From assembly GCA_964509335.1 (NCBI GenBank), contig CAZDXB010000010.1, positions 3,977 through 67,976 of the forward strand: a stretch of DNA of 64,000 nt. The letters are read 5' to 3'. Under the pieces are notes generated by a model. The model did not search any database. It had not been told where the DNA came from and saw only the letters and a program-made list of their open reading frames with translations. The DNA is from an uncultured Hyphomicrobiales bacterium. Lineage in GTDB: Bacteria > Bacteroidota > Ignavibacteria > Kapaibacteriales > UBA2268. The stretch's first letter is position 1; every line of letters starts with the position of its first letter. Below are positions 1-9,316 of this stretch, piece after piece. The translations under genes were made by a program, and so were the position numbers.

Positions 1-530
1 AAAGCGTCGGCTTGGGCAGAGCCTACGGAGCTGATTTGTCTTTCAGGAAAAATTTTTCGAACCATTATTATATAACGGCGACGGCATCTTATATGAGACA
101 GCAATACAAAGGTTCGGACGGCGTTTGGAGGTTCGGAGCTTTCGACAACGTTTTCGCCGTCAATCTGCTCGCCGGCTACGAGTGGGTAATCACCCCTACT
201 TTTACGATTGAATTTTCCGGTAGATATACAATAGTGGGCGGCGGACCTTACGTTCCGATAGATTTAGAAGAATCTCGCGCTCACGGCGAAACAAGAAGGG
301 AAGAAAGCGAAGCGTATTCCGTAAGGAGTCCAAATTATTCAAGAACCGATTTTAGGATAGATTTCCGAGAGAATTTCGACGGATTCGCAATCGTTAGCTA
401 TGTATCAGCCGAAAACGTATTTAACAAACAAAACGTTTACGATTATCAATACGATTCAAACGACGATAGGATTGAAGCTGTCAGTCAGCTGGGATTCTTT
501 TTCGTCGGCGGATTTAGAATAGAGTTTTAA
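1..530 (+). CDS. C-terminal fragment of an outer-membrane beta-barrel protein (TonB-dependent receptor-like); the 5-prime end lies outside the window
   Basis: Open frame from the window edge. It is Y/F/G/N-rich with alternating hydrophobic beta-strand residues and ends GGFRIEF (aromatic C-terminal residue typical of OM beta-barrels). Confidence 0.45.
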   Translation, partial: SVGLGRAYGADLSFRKNFSNHYYITATASYMRQQYKGSDGVWRFGAFDNVFAVNLLAGYEWVITPTFTIEFSGRYTIVGGGPYVPIDLEESRAHGETRREESEAYSVRSPNYSRTDFRIDFRENFDGFAIVSYVSAENVFNKQNVYDYQYDSNDDRIEAVSQLGFFFVGGFRIEF

Positions 531-539
531 CGTATCTCT

Positions 540-950
540 AACCCTCCCCAGCCCTCCCTTTAACAAAGGTAGGGATCGCATATATGTCTTAAGATGTGCC
601 ACACCTCGCAGGTGTGGCACATCTGCGAAGGAACGTAGAGACGCGAGATTTTGCGTCTCCACAGCCTCCATTTGTAGGGATTTGATTTATCAAATCTCCC
701 AGAACAAAGAATAGCCACGGCAATAACGGCATTCTACGATTTGATAAATCTACAGTTTTTGTTGTAGGAGCGCGGCAAGCCGCGTCCTAACCCAGACGCG
801 GAGCGTCTCCGTATCCGTTCGAAGGAGGAACGAAAAAAGACGCGGAGCGTCTTCGTATGCGTTTTGCCGCGGAGTGGGCGGAACGAGTTGTAATATTAAA
901 ACCCTCTCCGCTTGCGGAGAAGGTTAGGGTGAAGTAGAAGCCGCGGAGCG
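540..950. repeat. Repeat-dense non-coding region with several strong inverted repeats and hairpin-family copies
   Basis: Perfect IR gtgccacacct/aggtgtggcac. Hairpin gagacgcgagattttgcgtctc. gatttgat(t/a)aatcaaatc. A duplicated gacgcggagcgtct(c/t)cgtat. IR ccctctccgcttgcggagaagg. Confidence 0.6.
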
Positions 951-956
951 GACGTA

Positions 957-1442
957 TTACTCTCCCTTCTCCTTCAAATAATCCATCGCCAGACTGAAAA
1001 TTTCGAGCGGAACCGAATGCCCGAAATCCTCTTTTACTATTTGTGTGTTCTTGTAATCGTTTTCCTCTATAAACTTAATCGTTTTTTCCGGTATGATTTC
1101 GTCGTCGTCCTTCCCCAAAATCAAAGTCTTCTCGACGTCGGAAAAGACTTTCATCACGGGAACGGACACAGTTTTGAACGAAATCGCGGGGTTAAACAAT
1201 ACGGCGGGTATTTCGGAAAACTCCGAAAGATAGAATCCTATGTAACCGCCAAATGAACTGCCGACTATATTTGTAATTCTCTCTTTTCCGACAAATACGG
1301 TCAATTCCTCAAAGAGAGAGATATTGCTTTCGTATTCTCGATAATCAATTTTTGGAGCGACAACCTCGCTCCTAGATTCCAAAATCTCCACCTTGTCCTC
1401 TCGCGGATGACTATCCAATCCGTGCAAATACAGTATTTTCAT
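957..1442 (-). CDS. YqiA-like alpha/beta hydrolase (predicted esterase, UPF0227 family)
   Basis: N-terminus MKILYLHGLDS. GxSxG-type nucleophile motif GSSFGGY. Size about 160 aa, typical of YqiA-family esterases. Confidence 0.6.
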   Translation of the reverse strand: MKILYLHGLDSHPREDKVEILESRSEVVAPKIDYREYESNISLFEELTVFVGKERITNIVGSSFGGYIGFYLSEFSEIPAVLFNPAISFKTVSVPVMKVFSDVEKTLILGKDDDEIIPEKTIKFIEENDYKNTQIVKEDFGHSVPLEIFSLAMDYLKEKGE

Positions 1443-1571
1443 TTAATTTCCATTATTAATCTACGAAATATTTCAAGTTAACAAACAATAAAGACAAATC
1501 TAAACAAAATCCAAATTAAACGCCCTTTGATTGTTTCTCTCATTCCGCTCCTCCCTCGTTCCGCTCCTCTC

Positions 1572-1653
1572 CCTCGTTCCGAAATTACAATTTCGGAACG
1601 AGGACGGGGACGCTCTCCCAGACTCATTCCCAAATTACAATTTGGGAATGAGT
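1572..1653. repeat. Two adjacent perfect 32-bp palindromes of the dispersed family TTCC(C/G)AAATTnnnAATTT(G/C)GGAA
   Basis: cctcgttccgaaatt-aca-aatttcggaacgagg (1572..1603) and actcattcccaaatt-aca-aatttgggaatgagt (1622..1653). Arms are perfect and the flanks co-vary. Further copies at 39581..39661 and 47516..47650. Confidence 0.8.
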
Positions 1654-1810
1654 TGTAAAGAATTTGGGATGAGTTGGATAGTAATTCAATGAGAAAGACA
1701 TAAACAAATCAAAAACATCAAAAGAACGTATATTTTTAGGATAATTATCATAAATTCGCTAAATTTATCTTTTACTAAAATTAGTATTAAAATATAAGAA
1801 TAAGGGAAAT

Positions 1811-3178
1811 ATGATAGAAGAGTTTCCGAAAATCTTGTTGCCGGACAAACCCGACTTAAGAAAAATCGACGTATATATGGAAAACGGCGGCTACAACTCG
1901 TTAAGAAAAGCCGTTAGAATGAAAAAAGAAGAAATTATCGAAGAAATAAAAAAAGCCGGCTTGAGAGGCAGAGGCGGCGCGGCGTTTCCGACCGGTCTTA
2001 AATGGTCGTTTATGCCGAAGGACGATTCCATCGACAAGTACCTTTGCGTAAACTCCGACGAATCCGAACCCGGCTCCTTTAAAGACCGGCAGATTTTAGA
2101 GTTCAACCCTCATCAATTAATAGAAGGGATACTAATCTCCGGCTACGTTATGGGCATTAAAGCCGCCTATATTTACATTAGAGGCGAATACCACAAATGG
2201 CAGCGACTAATGCAGGAAGCATTAGACGAAGCCTACGCTAAAGGACTGGTCGGCGAAAAACTAAGAGCTAATTTAAAAAGCCAACTGGGTATCGATTTCA
2301 AAATCGATATTTATATACATAAAGGCGCCGGAGCTTATATTTGCGGCGAGGAAACCTCTCTAATGACTTCAATCGAAGGCGACAGAGGATACCCCAGATT
2401 CAGACCGCCCTTCCCCGCGCAAAAAGGCCTTTGGGGCAAGCCGACCACTGTAAACAACGTCGAGACTATAACTACCGTCCCCAAAATAATAGAAATGGGC
2501 GGCGAAGAATATTCTAAAATCGGCGCCGAAGGACATTCCGGCACTCTGCTTTTCGGCGTCAGCGGACACGTCAACAAACCCGGCGTTTACGAACTGCCCA
2601 CGGGAACTTTATTAACGGATATTATTTACGACGTCTGCGGAGGCGTTCCGGGCGATAAAAAAATCAAAGCCGTTATACCCGGCGGCTCCTCTATGCCGCC
2701 GCTACGAGGCGACGAAATAGAAGGCGTCCGAATGGACGAAAACTCATTGAGCAAACTCGGCACCCACATAGGAACGGGCGGAATAATGGTAATGGACGAA
2801 GACACCGACATCGTGAAAGTAACGCTCCGAATAGCGCATTTCTACCATCACGAGTCCTGCGGTCAATGCACCCCTTGCAGAGTCGGATGCGGCTGGATGG
2901 AAAAAATCTTGAAAAGAATAGCCGACGGCGAAGCTACCTCTGGCGACTTAGACCTGTTGCTCTCGGTAGCCGACCAAATAGAAGGAAATACGATTTGCGC
3001 TTTGGGAGAAGCCGCCGCTTGGCCCATAAAAGGCGACTTCTCGCCGGTAGCGGGCGGATTTATAAATAAATTTAGAGACGAATTTGAAAAAGCGGTCAAA
3101 GAGAAGCGAACTTTTCGCTCCCCGAACGTCGTTCACGGAAGAAAAAAAACCGCCGACTATTTGATTGAAACCGCTTGA
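1811..3178 (+). CDS. nuoF: NADH-quinone oxidoreductase subunit F-like flavoprotein (51-kDa subunit family; NAD(H)-binding, FMN and 4Fe-4S)
   Basis: GRGGAAFPTG(L)KW FMN/NADH motif. Conserved ESCGQCTPCR 4Fe-4S motif. Length 455 aa. Confidence 0.85.
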   Translation: MIEEFPKILLPDKPDLRKIDVYMENGGYNSLRKAVRMKKEEIIEEIKKAGLRGRGGAAFPTGLKWSFMPKDDSIDKYLCVNSDESEPGSFKDRQILEFNPHQLIEGILISGYVMGIKAAYIYIRGEYHKWQRLMQEALDEAYAKGLVGEKLRANLKSQLGIDFKIDIYIHKGAGAYICGEETSLMTSIEGDRGYPRFRPPFPAQKGLWGKPTTVNNVETITTVPKIIEMGGEEYSKIGAEGHSGTLLFGVSGHVNKPGVYELPTGTLLTDIIYDVCGGVPGDKKIKAVIPGGSSMPPLRGDEIEGVRMDENSLSKLGTHIGTGGIMVMDEDTDIVKVTLRIAHFYHHESCGQCTPCRVGCGWMEKILKRIADGEATSGDLDLLLSVADQIEGNTICALGEAAAWPIKGDFSPVAGGFINKFRDEFEKAVKEKRTFRSPNVVHGRKKTADYLIETA

Positions 3179-3276
3179 TATAGCGACTGACTGCTTTGCC
3201 GACATATTATTTGTTTAACGCGTTCTTTAATATTACGAGGAAACGAGACGTTTTAAATTTGTAAGTTTAATACATT

Positions 3277-4605
3277 ATGGTTACTATGAAAAAAATAATC
3301 GCTACCTTCATATTGTCGCTGTTTGTTTTCTCTTGCGCTGAAAAAAAGGAAGTCCAAGAATATAACTTAGACGCCTTAGCCGAAACATACGTCAAACTCG
3401 CTCTCAATCTCGGAGACTACGACGAAGACTATATCGACGCCTATTTTGGTCCGCCAAACATAAAAACCGAAGCGGAAAAAAACAAATTGCCGCTTGAGGA
3501 GATAATAACGCGCTCGGACTCGCTCTTATCTAAACTGAAAAAAATAAACCGACAAAATATCGACTCGTTAGAAAATCTTCGCGTTAATTACATAATCAGC
3601 CAATTAACCGCCCTAAACGCCAGAGCCGAGATTCTAAACGGAGAAACCTTCGACTTCGACAAGGAATCAAAGCTACTTTACGGCGTTGAAGCGCCTATGC
3701 ATTCCTTCGAATATTACGACAAAGCCTTGAAAAATCTCGATTCAATCTTAAAAGGCGAAGGAACGCTAAAAGAAAGAATCCAAAATATTAGAGACGAATT
3801 TCTCATAGACGACGAAAAAATCGAAGCGGTATTCGACGCCGCCGTCGAAGAAGCTCGCAAAAGAACGCTAAAACAAGTCGAAATGCCCAAAAGCGAAAAT
3901 TTCAAAGTAGAATACGTCAAAGACAAACCTTGGGGCGGTTACAACTGGTTCAAAGGCGACGCTACCAGCCTAATTCAAGTCAATCTTGATTTGCCAAAAA
4001 CCGTTGACGGTTTCCTCCATCTCGCCTGCCACGAAGGCTACCCCGGACACCACGTTTATCACGCCCTTATCGAAAAGCTATTCTACAAAGACAAAGGCTG
4101 GCTCGAATTTTCGGTATATCCGCTATTCACGCCGCAAGCGACGCTTTCCGAAGGACTGGCTAACTACGGAATTAAAGTAGCTTTCCCCGGCGACGAAAAA
4201 ATCGAATTCGAGAAAACAGTCTTGTGCGAAATCGCCGGACTCGACTGCGATAATTTAGAGCGCTACATCAACGCTTCTAAACTAATGAAAAAGCTAAACT
4301 ACTCGACTATCGACGTCTCGAGAAAATATTTGAACGGAGACATCGACCGAGAAGAAGCGGTTAAAACGATTATGAAATACAGATTTAGAACGAAAGAAAG
4401 AGCCGAGAAAAATCTCGATTTCGTCGATAGATACAGAACATACATCATAACCTATTACGTCGGCGAAGACCTATGCGAAAAGTGGGTAGAATCAAAGTTA
4501 AAATCCGAAAAACAACGCGAAAAACGCTGGAATCATTACAAAAAACTTTTAACTTCCCCGATAACGCCGGAATTTCTAATGAAAGACATAGGAGAAGAGC
4601 TATGA
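3277..4605 (+). CDS. DUF885-family lipoprotein (putative metallopeptidase-like)
   Basis: Lipoprotein signal MKKIIATFILSLFVFSC. HEGYPGHH motif characteristic of DUF885. Confidence 0.55.
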   Translation: MVTMKKIIATFILSLFVFSCAEKKEVQEYNLDALAETYVKLALNLGDYDEDYIDAYFGPPNIKTEAEKNKLPLEEIITRSDSLLSKLKKINRQNIDSLENLRVNYIISQLTALNARAEILNGETFDFDKESKLLYGVEAPMHSFEYYDKALKNLDSILKGEGTLKERIQNIRDEFLIDDEKIEAVFDAAVEEARKRTLKQVEMPKSENFKVEYVKDKPWGGYNWFKGDATSLIQVNLDLPKTVDGFLHLACHEGYPGHHVYHALIEKLFYKDKGWLEFSVYPLFTPQATLSEGLANYGIKVAFPGDEKIEFEKTVLCEIAGLDCDNLERYINASKLMKKLNYSTIDVSRKYLNGDIDREEAVKTIMKYRFRTKERAEKNLDFVDRYRTYIITYYVGEDLCEKWVESKLKSEKQREKRWNHYKKLLTSPITPEFLMKDIGEEL

Positions 4606-5138
4606 AGCTTTTAAAAATCCTAACTTTCGCTATTATTCTGATTCTCGCTTATTCCCCAACAATTTCGAAAGGAAAAAAAATGACTTTAGAAATTACAAGT
4701 TCATCTTTCGAGCAAGGACAAAACATTCCACAAAAACATACTTGCATTGGAAACGACGTATCGCCTCAAATTGCTTGGAACGGAGCTCCGGAAGGCGTCG
4801 AGAGCTACGCCATAATAGCCGACGACCCCGACGCGCCAATGGGAACTTGGGTGCATTGGGTCGTTTACAATATTCCAGCGGACGTTAACGAATTGCAAGA
4901 AAATTTCCCTAAAGACGAAAAACTAGACAACGGAATAATGCAAGGAATGTCGGATTTCGGAAAAACTGAATACGGAGGACCTTGTCCGCCGGGCGGAACC
5001 CATAGATACTATTTTAAAGTGTACGCTATAGACAAAAAATTAGACGCCGAACCCGGTTTGTCCAAAAAGAAACTTCTAAAGGCTATGGAAGGGCATATTC
5101 TCGCGGAAGGTCAGCTAATGGGTAAATTTAGTAAGTAG
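4602..5138 (+). CDS. YbhB/YbcL-family phosphatidylethanolamine-binding (PEBP) protein, secreted
   Basis: ATGA start/stop overlap with the upstream gene. GGAGA ribosome-binding site. Signal peptide. PEBP motifs [10 protein letters not shown] and [20 protein letters not shown]. Confidence 0.8.
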   Translation: [178 protein letters not shown]

Positions 5139-5158
5139 CAAACAAACAACGGATAAAG

Positions 5159-6088
5159 ATGAAAAAGCATATTTTGTTAGCCCTATTTCTACCGCTTTTT
5201 ATTACGACGGCGGCTTATTGCCAAACGGAGTTTTATAAGAAAGGAACTATCGACGTCAAAATGTTCGGCGGCAAAAACGCCGGCTCGAGCTATTTTAATT
5301 TAGAGGGCAAATTACGCACCGAGAAAAAATTGCCATACGACCCCGACAAGAAATATATTTTCAATCTTACCGAATACGTTTACGGAGCGCGCGCAGAATA
5401 CGCCGTAAACGATAATTTCGCTTTTTCTCTTAGCATTCCTTTGAAGTACTCCAAACTAATAAAAAAAGCCGACACAACTATTGTAACGGTTAACAACCAA
5501 GTCTCTCCTCCCGACACTTCGACGGAAAGCTACAGAAAAACCATCGGAGAATACTCGCTCTTTCAACCGGAATACTTCGCAATCGGCGCTAAATACAAAC
5601 TCTATTCAAAGAAAATACAAGCCGCTTGGCTGTTCGAAGCGAGAATTCCCCCCGGATTCCACAGAGGAATCCACGACGACCCCGACTACGAATTCCTTAG
5701 CGACGGAGCTTTCGAAGCGATTACGGGATTTTCTTTGAACGCAAAATTTCAAAAGAGCTGGCTAGAAACGGCGGTTTTATATAACTATCGCGACGAAGAA
5801 CTCGTGGACCAATTCATATTTCACACCCAATTCGGAGTTTCCACAGTCCCCGGCTCTAAACTACTCGGCTTCGTTAACTTTATTCGAAGCACGGGTTCCT
5901 TCGAAGACGCCGTCGAATTCGACCCGAAAGAAACCATACTGCAAAAGAATCTTTTCAACTTAGGTTTTATGTTTCAGCTCTTTTTTACCGAAAACTTATA
6001 CGGAGAGTTCTCTTACAAAGTAAATCTTCTCGGAAAAAACGCCTGGAATCTCGGAGGCTTCTTAATAGGAGCTGGAGCGAGACTATAA
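5159..6088 (+). CDS. Hypothetical secreted, probably outer-membrane beta-barrel protein
   Basis: Signal peptide MKKHILLALFLPLFITTAAYCQ. Alternating aromatic/hydrophobic beta-strand pattern. No recognisable catalytic motif. Confidence 0.4.
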   Translation: MKKHILLALFLPLFITTAAYCQTEFYKKGTIDVKMFGGKNAGSSYFNLEGKLRTEKKLPYDPDKKYIFNLTEYVYGARAEYAVNDNFAFSLSIPLKYSKLIKKADTTIVTVNNQVSPPDTSTESYRKTIGEYSLFQPEYFAIGAKYKLYSKKIQAAWLFEARIPPGFHRGIHDDPDYEFLSDGAFEAITGFSLNAKFQKSWLETAVLYNYRDEELVDQFIFHTQFGVSTVPGSKLLGFVNFIRSTGSFEDAVEFDPKETILQKNLFNLGFMFQLFFTENLYGEFSYKVNLLGKNAWNLGGFLIGAGARL

Positions 6089-6339
6089 GCCTTATGTGGA
6101 AATTTTTTCACACGCCGAAAAAATTTATATTAAAATATTTTAACTTTTCTTAAAACAGCATAATCACTTGACAAATATATTAGTAAGGGTGTTTTTGCTT
6201 TAAAAAAGCCGTGATTTTGAAAAAAATCATACAATTAAAATCAATAACATTCCGTCATCTCATTTTCGAAATGACGACGCTACTATTAGCGTTATTGATT
6301 AATTTTGTATGTAACATAAACTTAGGAGCATGAACAATC

Positions 6340-7119
6340 ATGCATCAGTTAACTCGCTTAGGCAATAAAACGCTAACGGGCAGCATATTCGGCAGAATAG
6401 CTTCGTTAGCCGCCGTAATAACATTGTTCTTCGTTGTAGTCTTCTTTCAGGCTAAAGCGATAACAACGGATATAGACGGCCAGTTCGCTACGGCGAGCGC
6501 GCCCGACTATCTGAGCGTAATAAACGCCAACAACGTCGGAGAAAACTTAATATACACCCAAGAAGGCATAGCGTCTTGGTACGGCAAACGCTTTCATAAC
6601 CGCTTGACCGCCAACGGCGAAAGATACAATATGCACGAGTTCTCCGCGGCGCATAAGAAATTGCCGTTCGGAACAATTCTCCGAGTAACGAATAAAAACA
6701 CGGGCAAAAATGGCTTGGTCAGAATAAACGACCGAGGTCCTTTCGTCCACAAAAGAATAATAGATTTATCTTACAAATCAGCTAAAACTATTAACGTTAC
6801 CGGCATCTCCGACGTAAAAATCGAAGGGTTCTTACCCGGGTCGGCGTCCAATTTGAAGGACGAGAAAGAAAACTACTATTTCGGCTACTCCTATGAGTAT
6901 CCGTTAGTATGCCTACCTGACAAGGTAGTTGAAATAGTCGATTCGACGGCGACATTCCACGACGCCGTGCAAACTTACAACGAGTATCTAAAAACCGACG
7001 CCGACAAAGTCTATTACTTAATGGCGCCGGTTGACGAAATGACGCGAAGAGAAAAAATCGACGAGTATAACTACTTCATCGGCGAAATAACAGACAAGCC
7101 GCAGAATTTAGCTAGTTAA
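6340..7119 (+). CDS. rlpA: Septal-ring lytic transglycosylase RlpA-family protein (double-psi beta-barrel)
   Basis: N-terminal transmembrane/signal segment. DPBB signature GIASWYG..FHNRLTANGERYNM....AAHKKLPFGT.LRVTN..NGK...RINDRGP. Confidence 0.8.
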   Translation: MHQLTRLGNKTLTGSIFGRIASLAAVITLFFVVVFFQAKAITTDIDGQFATASAPDYLSVINANNVGENLIYTQEGIASWYGKRFHNRLTANGERYNMHEFSAAHKKLPFGTILRVTNKNTGKNGLVRINDRGPFVHKRIIDLSYKSAKTINVTGISDVKIEGFLPGSASNLKDEKENYYFGYSYEYPLVCLPDKVVEIVDSTATFHDAVQTYNEYLKTDADKVYYLMAPVDEMTRREKIDEYNYFIGEITDKPQNLAS

Positions 7120-7141
7120 ATTCGTTTACAATAAACGCTTC

Positions 7142-7207
7142 GACCGCCCTAAGTTTCGTAACCTTAAGGATTAGCAAAACGAAAATTAGGGCGGTCTCTT
7201 TTTTTAT
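7142..7207 (+). terminator. Rho-independent terminator downstream of rlpA
   Basis: Stem gaccgccctaa / ttagggcggtc with a long loop, followed by tctttttttat. Confidence 0.6.
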
Positions 7208-7296
7208 TTGCTCATTAATCTTTATCTTTTTAACTTGCTTTTTCATTTTTCTTTATCTTGAAATAGTTATTGCATAAATAAATTAAGGAGATAAAA

Positions 7297-8832
7297 GTGA
7301 AAAAGCGTGTATTTTCCGTAGTTGTTTTAATCGTAGGAGCGATTCTATTCCAGAATTTCCAGTGCGCCTCGCCGGAAATGACGTCGGGAAAACTGGCTAT
7401 TAGACAAAAAGAATACGCAAAAGCCGAAAAATACTTCAACAAGGAAGTTTCTAAGAACCCTAAAAACAGTCAAGCCTATTTCTTTTTAGCTAAAGCGCAA
7501 TTAGAATTAGAAAAATACGCAAAAGCCGCAGACAATATAGAGATAGCCGAAAAGAAAATAACGGACCCTCAGTTCAAAAGACAAATCATTATAACTAAAT
7601 ATAAACTGTGGGCGGATTGCTTCAACACAGCCGTTCCCGCTTTGAATAAATACTACACAACCGAAGATAAAGCGCACTTGGATACCGCTATAAAATATTT
7701 TGATATAGCGATTCGCGTCAGACCGCAAATGTCGGAATTCTACAGACTAAAAGGAAGCGCTTACGAGTCGGCTGGCAACAAAGAAAAAGCGATAGAAACA
7801 TACAAAGAATACCAAAATCAAATCAAAACGGAAATTGAATTCGCTAAAAGCGCCAATATCTTTATAGATTTACCAAGAGAAAAAGCTTTGGAAAAATTTG
7901 GCGAACCCGCAAAAACCAAAGGCGGCAACTTTTACGGCGACTCTTCGCTTATCGACCATTTCAGCGTATTAGGGCAGCAAATATATCTTTTCTCAGGCAA
8001 AGATAAAGATTCCGAGCAATTTTTAGTTAAAGGCTGGAGAGTCAACCCGCCTAATAATTGGATGCCCGGCGAAAGAGAATACTGGACTAAAATCGACATA
8101 GGTCCTTTGGCTTACTTAACCGACGTTTACTACACAAAAAAAGAATACGAAAAAGCTATAGAATACGCTAAACTCATTACTAAAATAGACCCGACAAACG
8201 TTCAAGCGAACAGATTTTTAGTAAACTTATACATTGAAAGCGGCAAAGAAAAATTCGCAGTCGAAGAAATGAAGAGACTGGTCGAAAGAAATCCCGACAA
8301 TAAATACTATCTATCCCAATACGGCGACATCCTCTTCGCTTTAGAAAAATACGACAAAGCGATTGATAAATACAAAAAAGCTTTGGAAATCGACCCGGAT
8401 TTCTGCGACGCGCAAAGGAACTTAGCCGCGACGTACAAAAACAAAGCTGTCCAAGTTATTCAAAAGGAACAAGACAAAGCCGACGCCAACGAAGATTACG
8501 AAGAAAACCCCGACAAATATTTGTCAATACTCGAAACTTCGGCAAAATACTTTCAAAAAGCGCGTTCCTGCGAGAAGTATAAAAACGATTTGACCGTTTT
8601 GGGCGAGCTAGCCAATATTTACATCGGAACAAAACAACAAGAAAAGTTAAATCAAGTTCTCGACGACTTGGAAAGACTTGAACCAATCATTCCCGAAGAG
8701 CAAAAAGAGAAATATTGGCTGCAGCTTTGCAAAATATACGGCGCTTTGAAAATTAAGGACAAACAAAAGGCTTTGAAAATCAGGGACAAGCAAAAGAAAG
8801 CTTGCAACAAAGCTAAGAGTTTAATGAAGTAA
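7297..8832 (+). CDS. Tetratricopeptide-repeat protein with N-terminal signal peptide
   Basis: Signal peptide. Multiple TPR-like AxxAxxYF/KYxKA repeats throughout. Confidence 0.7.
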   Translation: MKKRVFSVVVLIVGAILFQNFQCASPEMTSGKLAIRQKEYAKAEKYFNKEVSKNPKNSQAYFFLAKAQLELEKYAKAADNIEIAEKKITDPQFKRQIIITKYKLWADCFNTAVPALNKYYTTEDKAHLDTAIKYFDIAIRVRPQMSEFYRLKGSAYESAGNKEKAIETYKEYQNQIKTEIEFAKSANIFIDLPREKALEKFGEPAKTKGGNFYGDSSLIDHFSVLGQQIYLFSGKDKDSEQFLVKGWRVNPPNNWMPGEREYWTKIDIGPLAYLTDVYYTKKEYEKAIEYAKLITKIDPTNVQANRFLVNLYIESGKEKFAVEEMKRLVERNPDNKYYLSQYGDILFALEKYDKAIDKYKKALEIDPDFCDAQRNLAATYKNKAVQVIQKEQDKADANEDYEENPDKYLSILETSAKYFQKARSCEKYKNDLTVLGELANIYIGTKQQEKLNQVLDDLERLEPIIPEEQKEKYWLQLCKIYGALKIKDKQKALKIRDKQKKACNKAKSLMK

Positions 8833-8862
8833 TTTTATAACATAAAAAAACGAGAAGATACT

Positions 8863-9189
8863 ATGAACAAAGAAGAAAAGAACAATCCCAAAAAGCCGCA
8901 AAAATTGAATATCGAACTCGGCGAAAAAGAAGCTCAGGGAACTTACTCCAACTTAGCAATTATATCGCATTCGAAAGCCGAATTCGTTATAGATTTCACC
9001 AGAGTCGTCCCCGGCGCGCCAAAGGCTAAAGTGCATTCTCGGATAATTATGACTCCGCAGCACGCTAAGTTGCTTTTAAAAGCCTTGGGCGAAAACATTT
9101 CCCGTTTCGAAAAGCAATATGGCACGATAGACTCCGACCAAGACAAAAATATGTTTCCGGGCTTAAGCGGACCTCCTAAAGTAAATTAA
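8863..9189 (+). CDS. DUF3467-domain protein
   Basis: Conserved YSNLAIISHSKAEFVIDF..V.PG....KV..RIIMTPQHAKLLLKAL motif typical of DUF3467. Confidence 0.65.
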   Translation: MNKEEKNNPKKPQKLNIELGEKEAQGTYSNLAIISHSKAEFVIDFTRVVPGAPKAKVHSRIIMTPQHAKLLLKALGENISRFEKQYGTIDSDQDKNMFPGLSGPPKVN

Positions 9190-9212
9190 CAGCGAACTCC
9201 ATAAACAACAAA

Positions 9213-9247
9213 GCGGGATTCGTCTTTCTGACGGATTCCGCTTTTTT
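9213..9247 (+). terminator. Rho-independent terminator
   Basis: 12-bp RNA stem gcgggauucguc / gacggauuccgc (two G-U pairs), loop uuucu, then UUUUUU. Confidence 0.7.
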
Positions 9248-9316
9248 GCGGTTTATCTAAATAATCTTTGTATTTTTGTTATTTAATGGATATTTATTAT
9301 TAATAAGGAAAGCGAT

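Noticed and set aside
456-671. 71-aa minus-strand ORF across the palindrome cluster
   Set aside because: It runs through perfect inverted repeats in non-coding DNA and has no start context. It is likely spurious.
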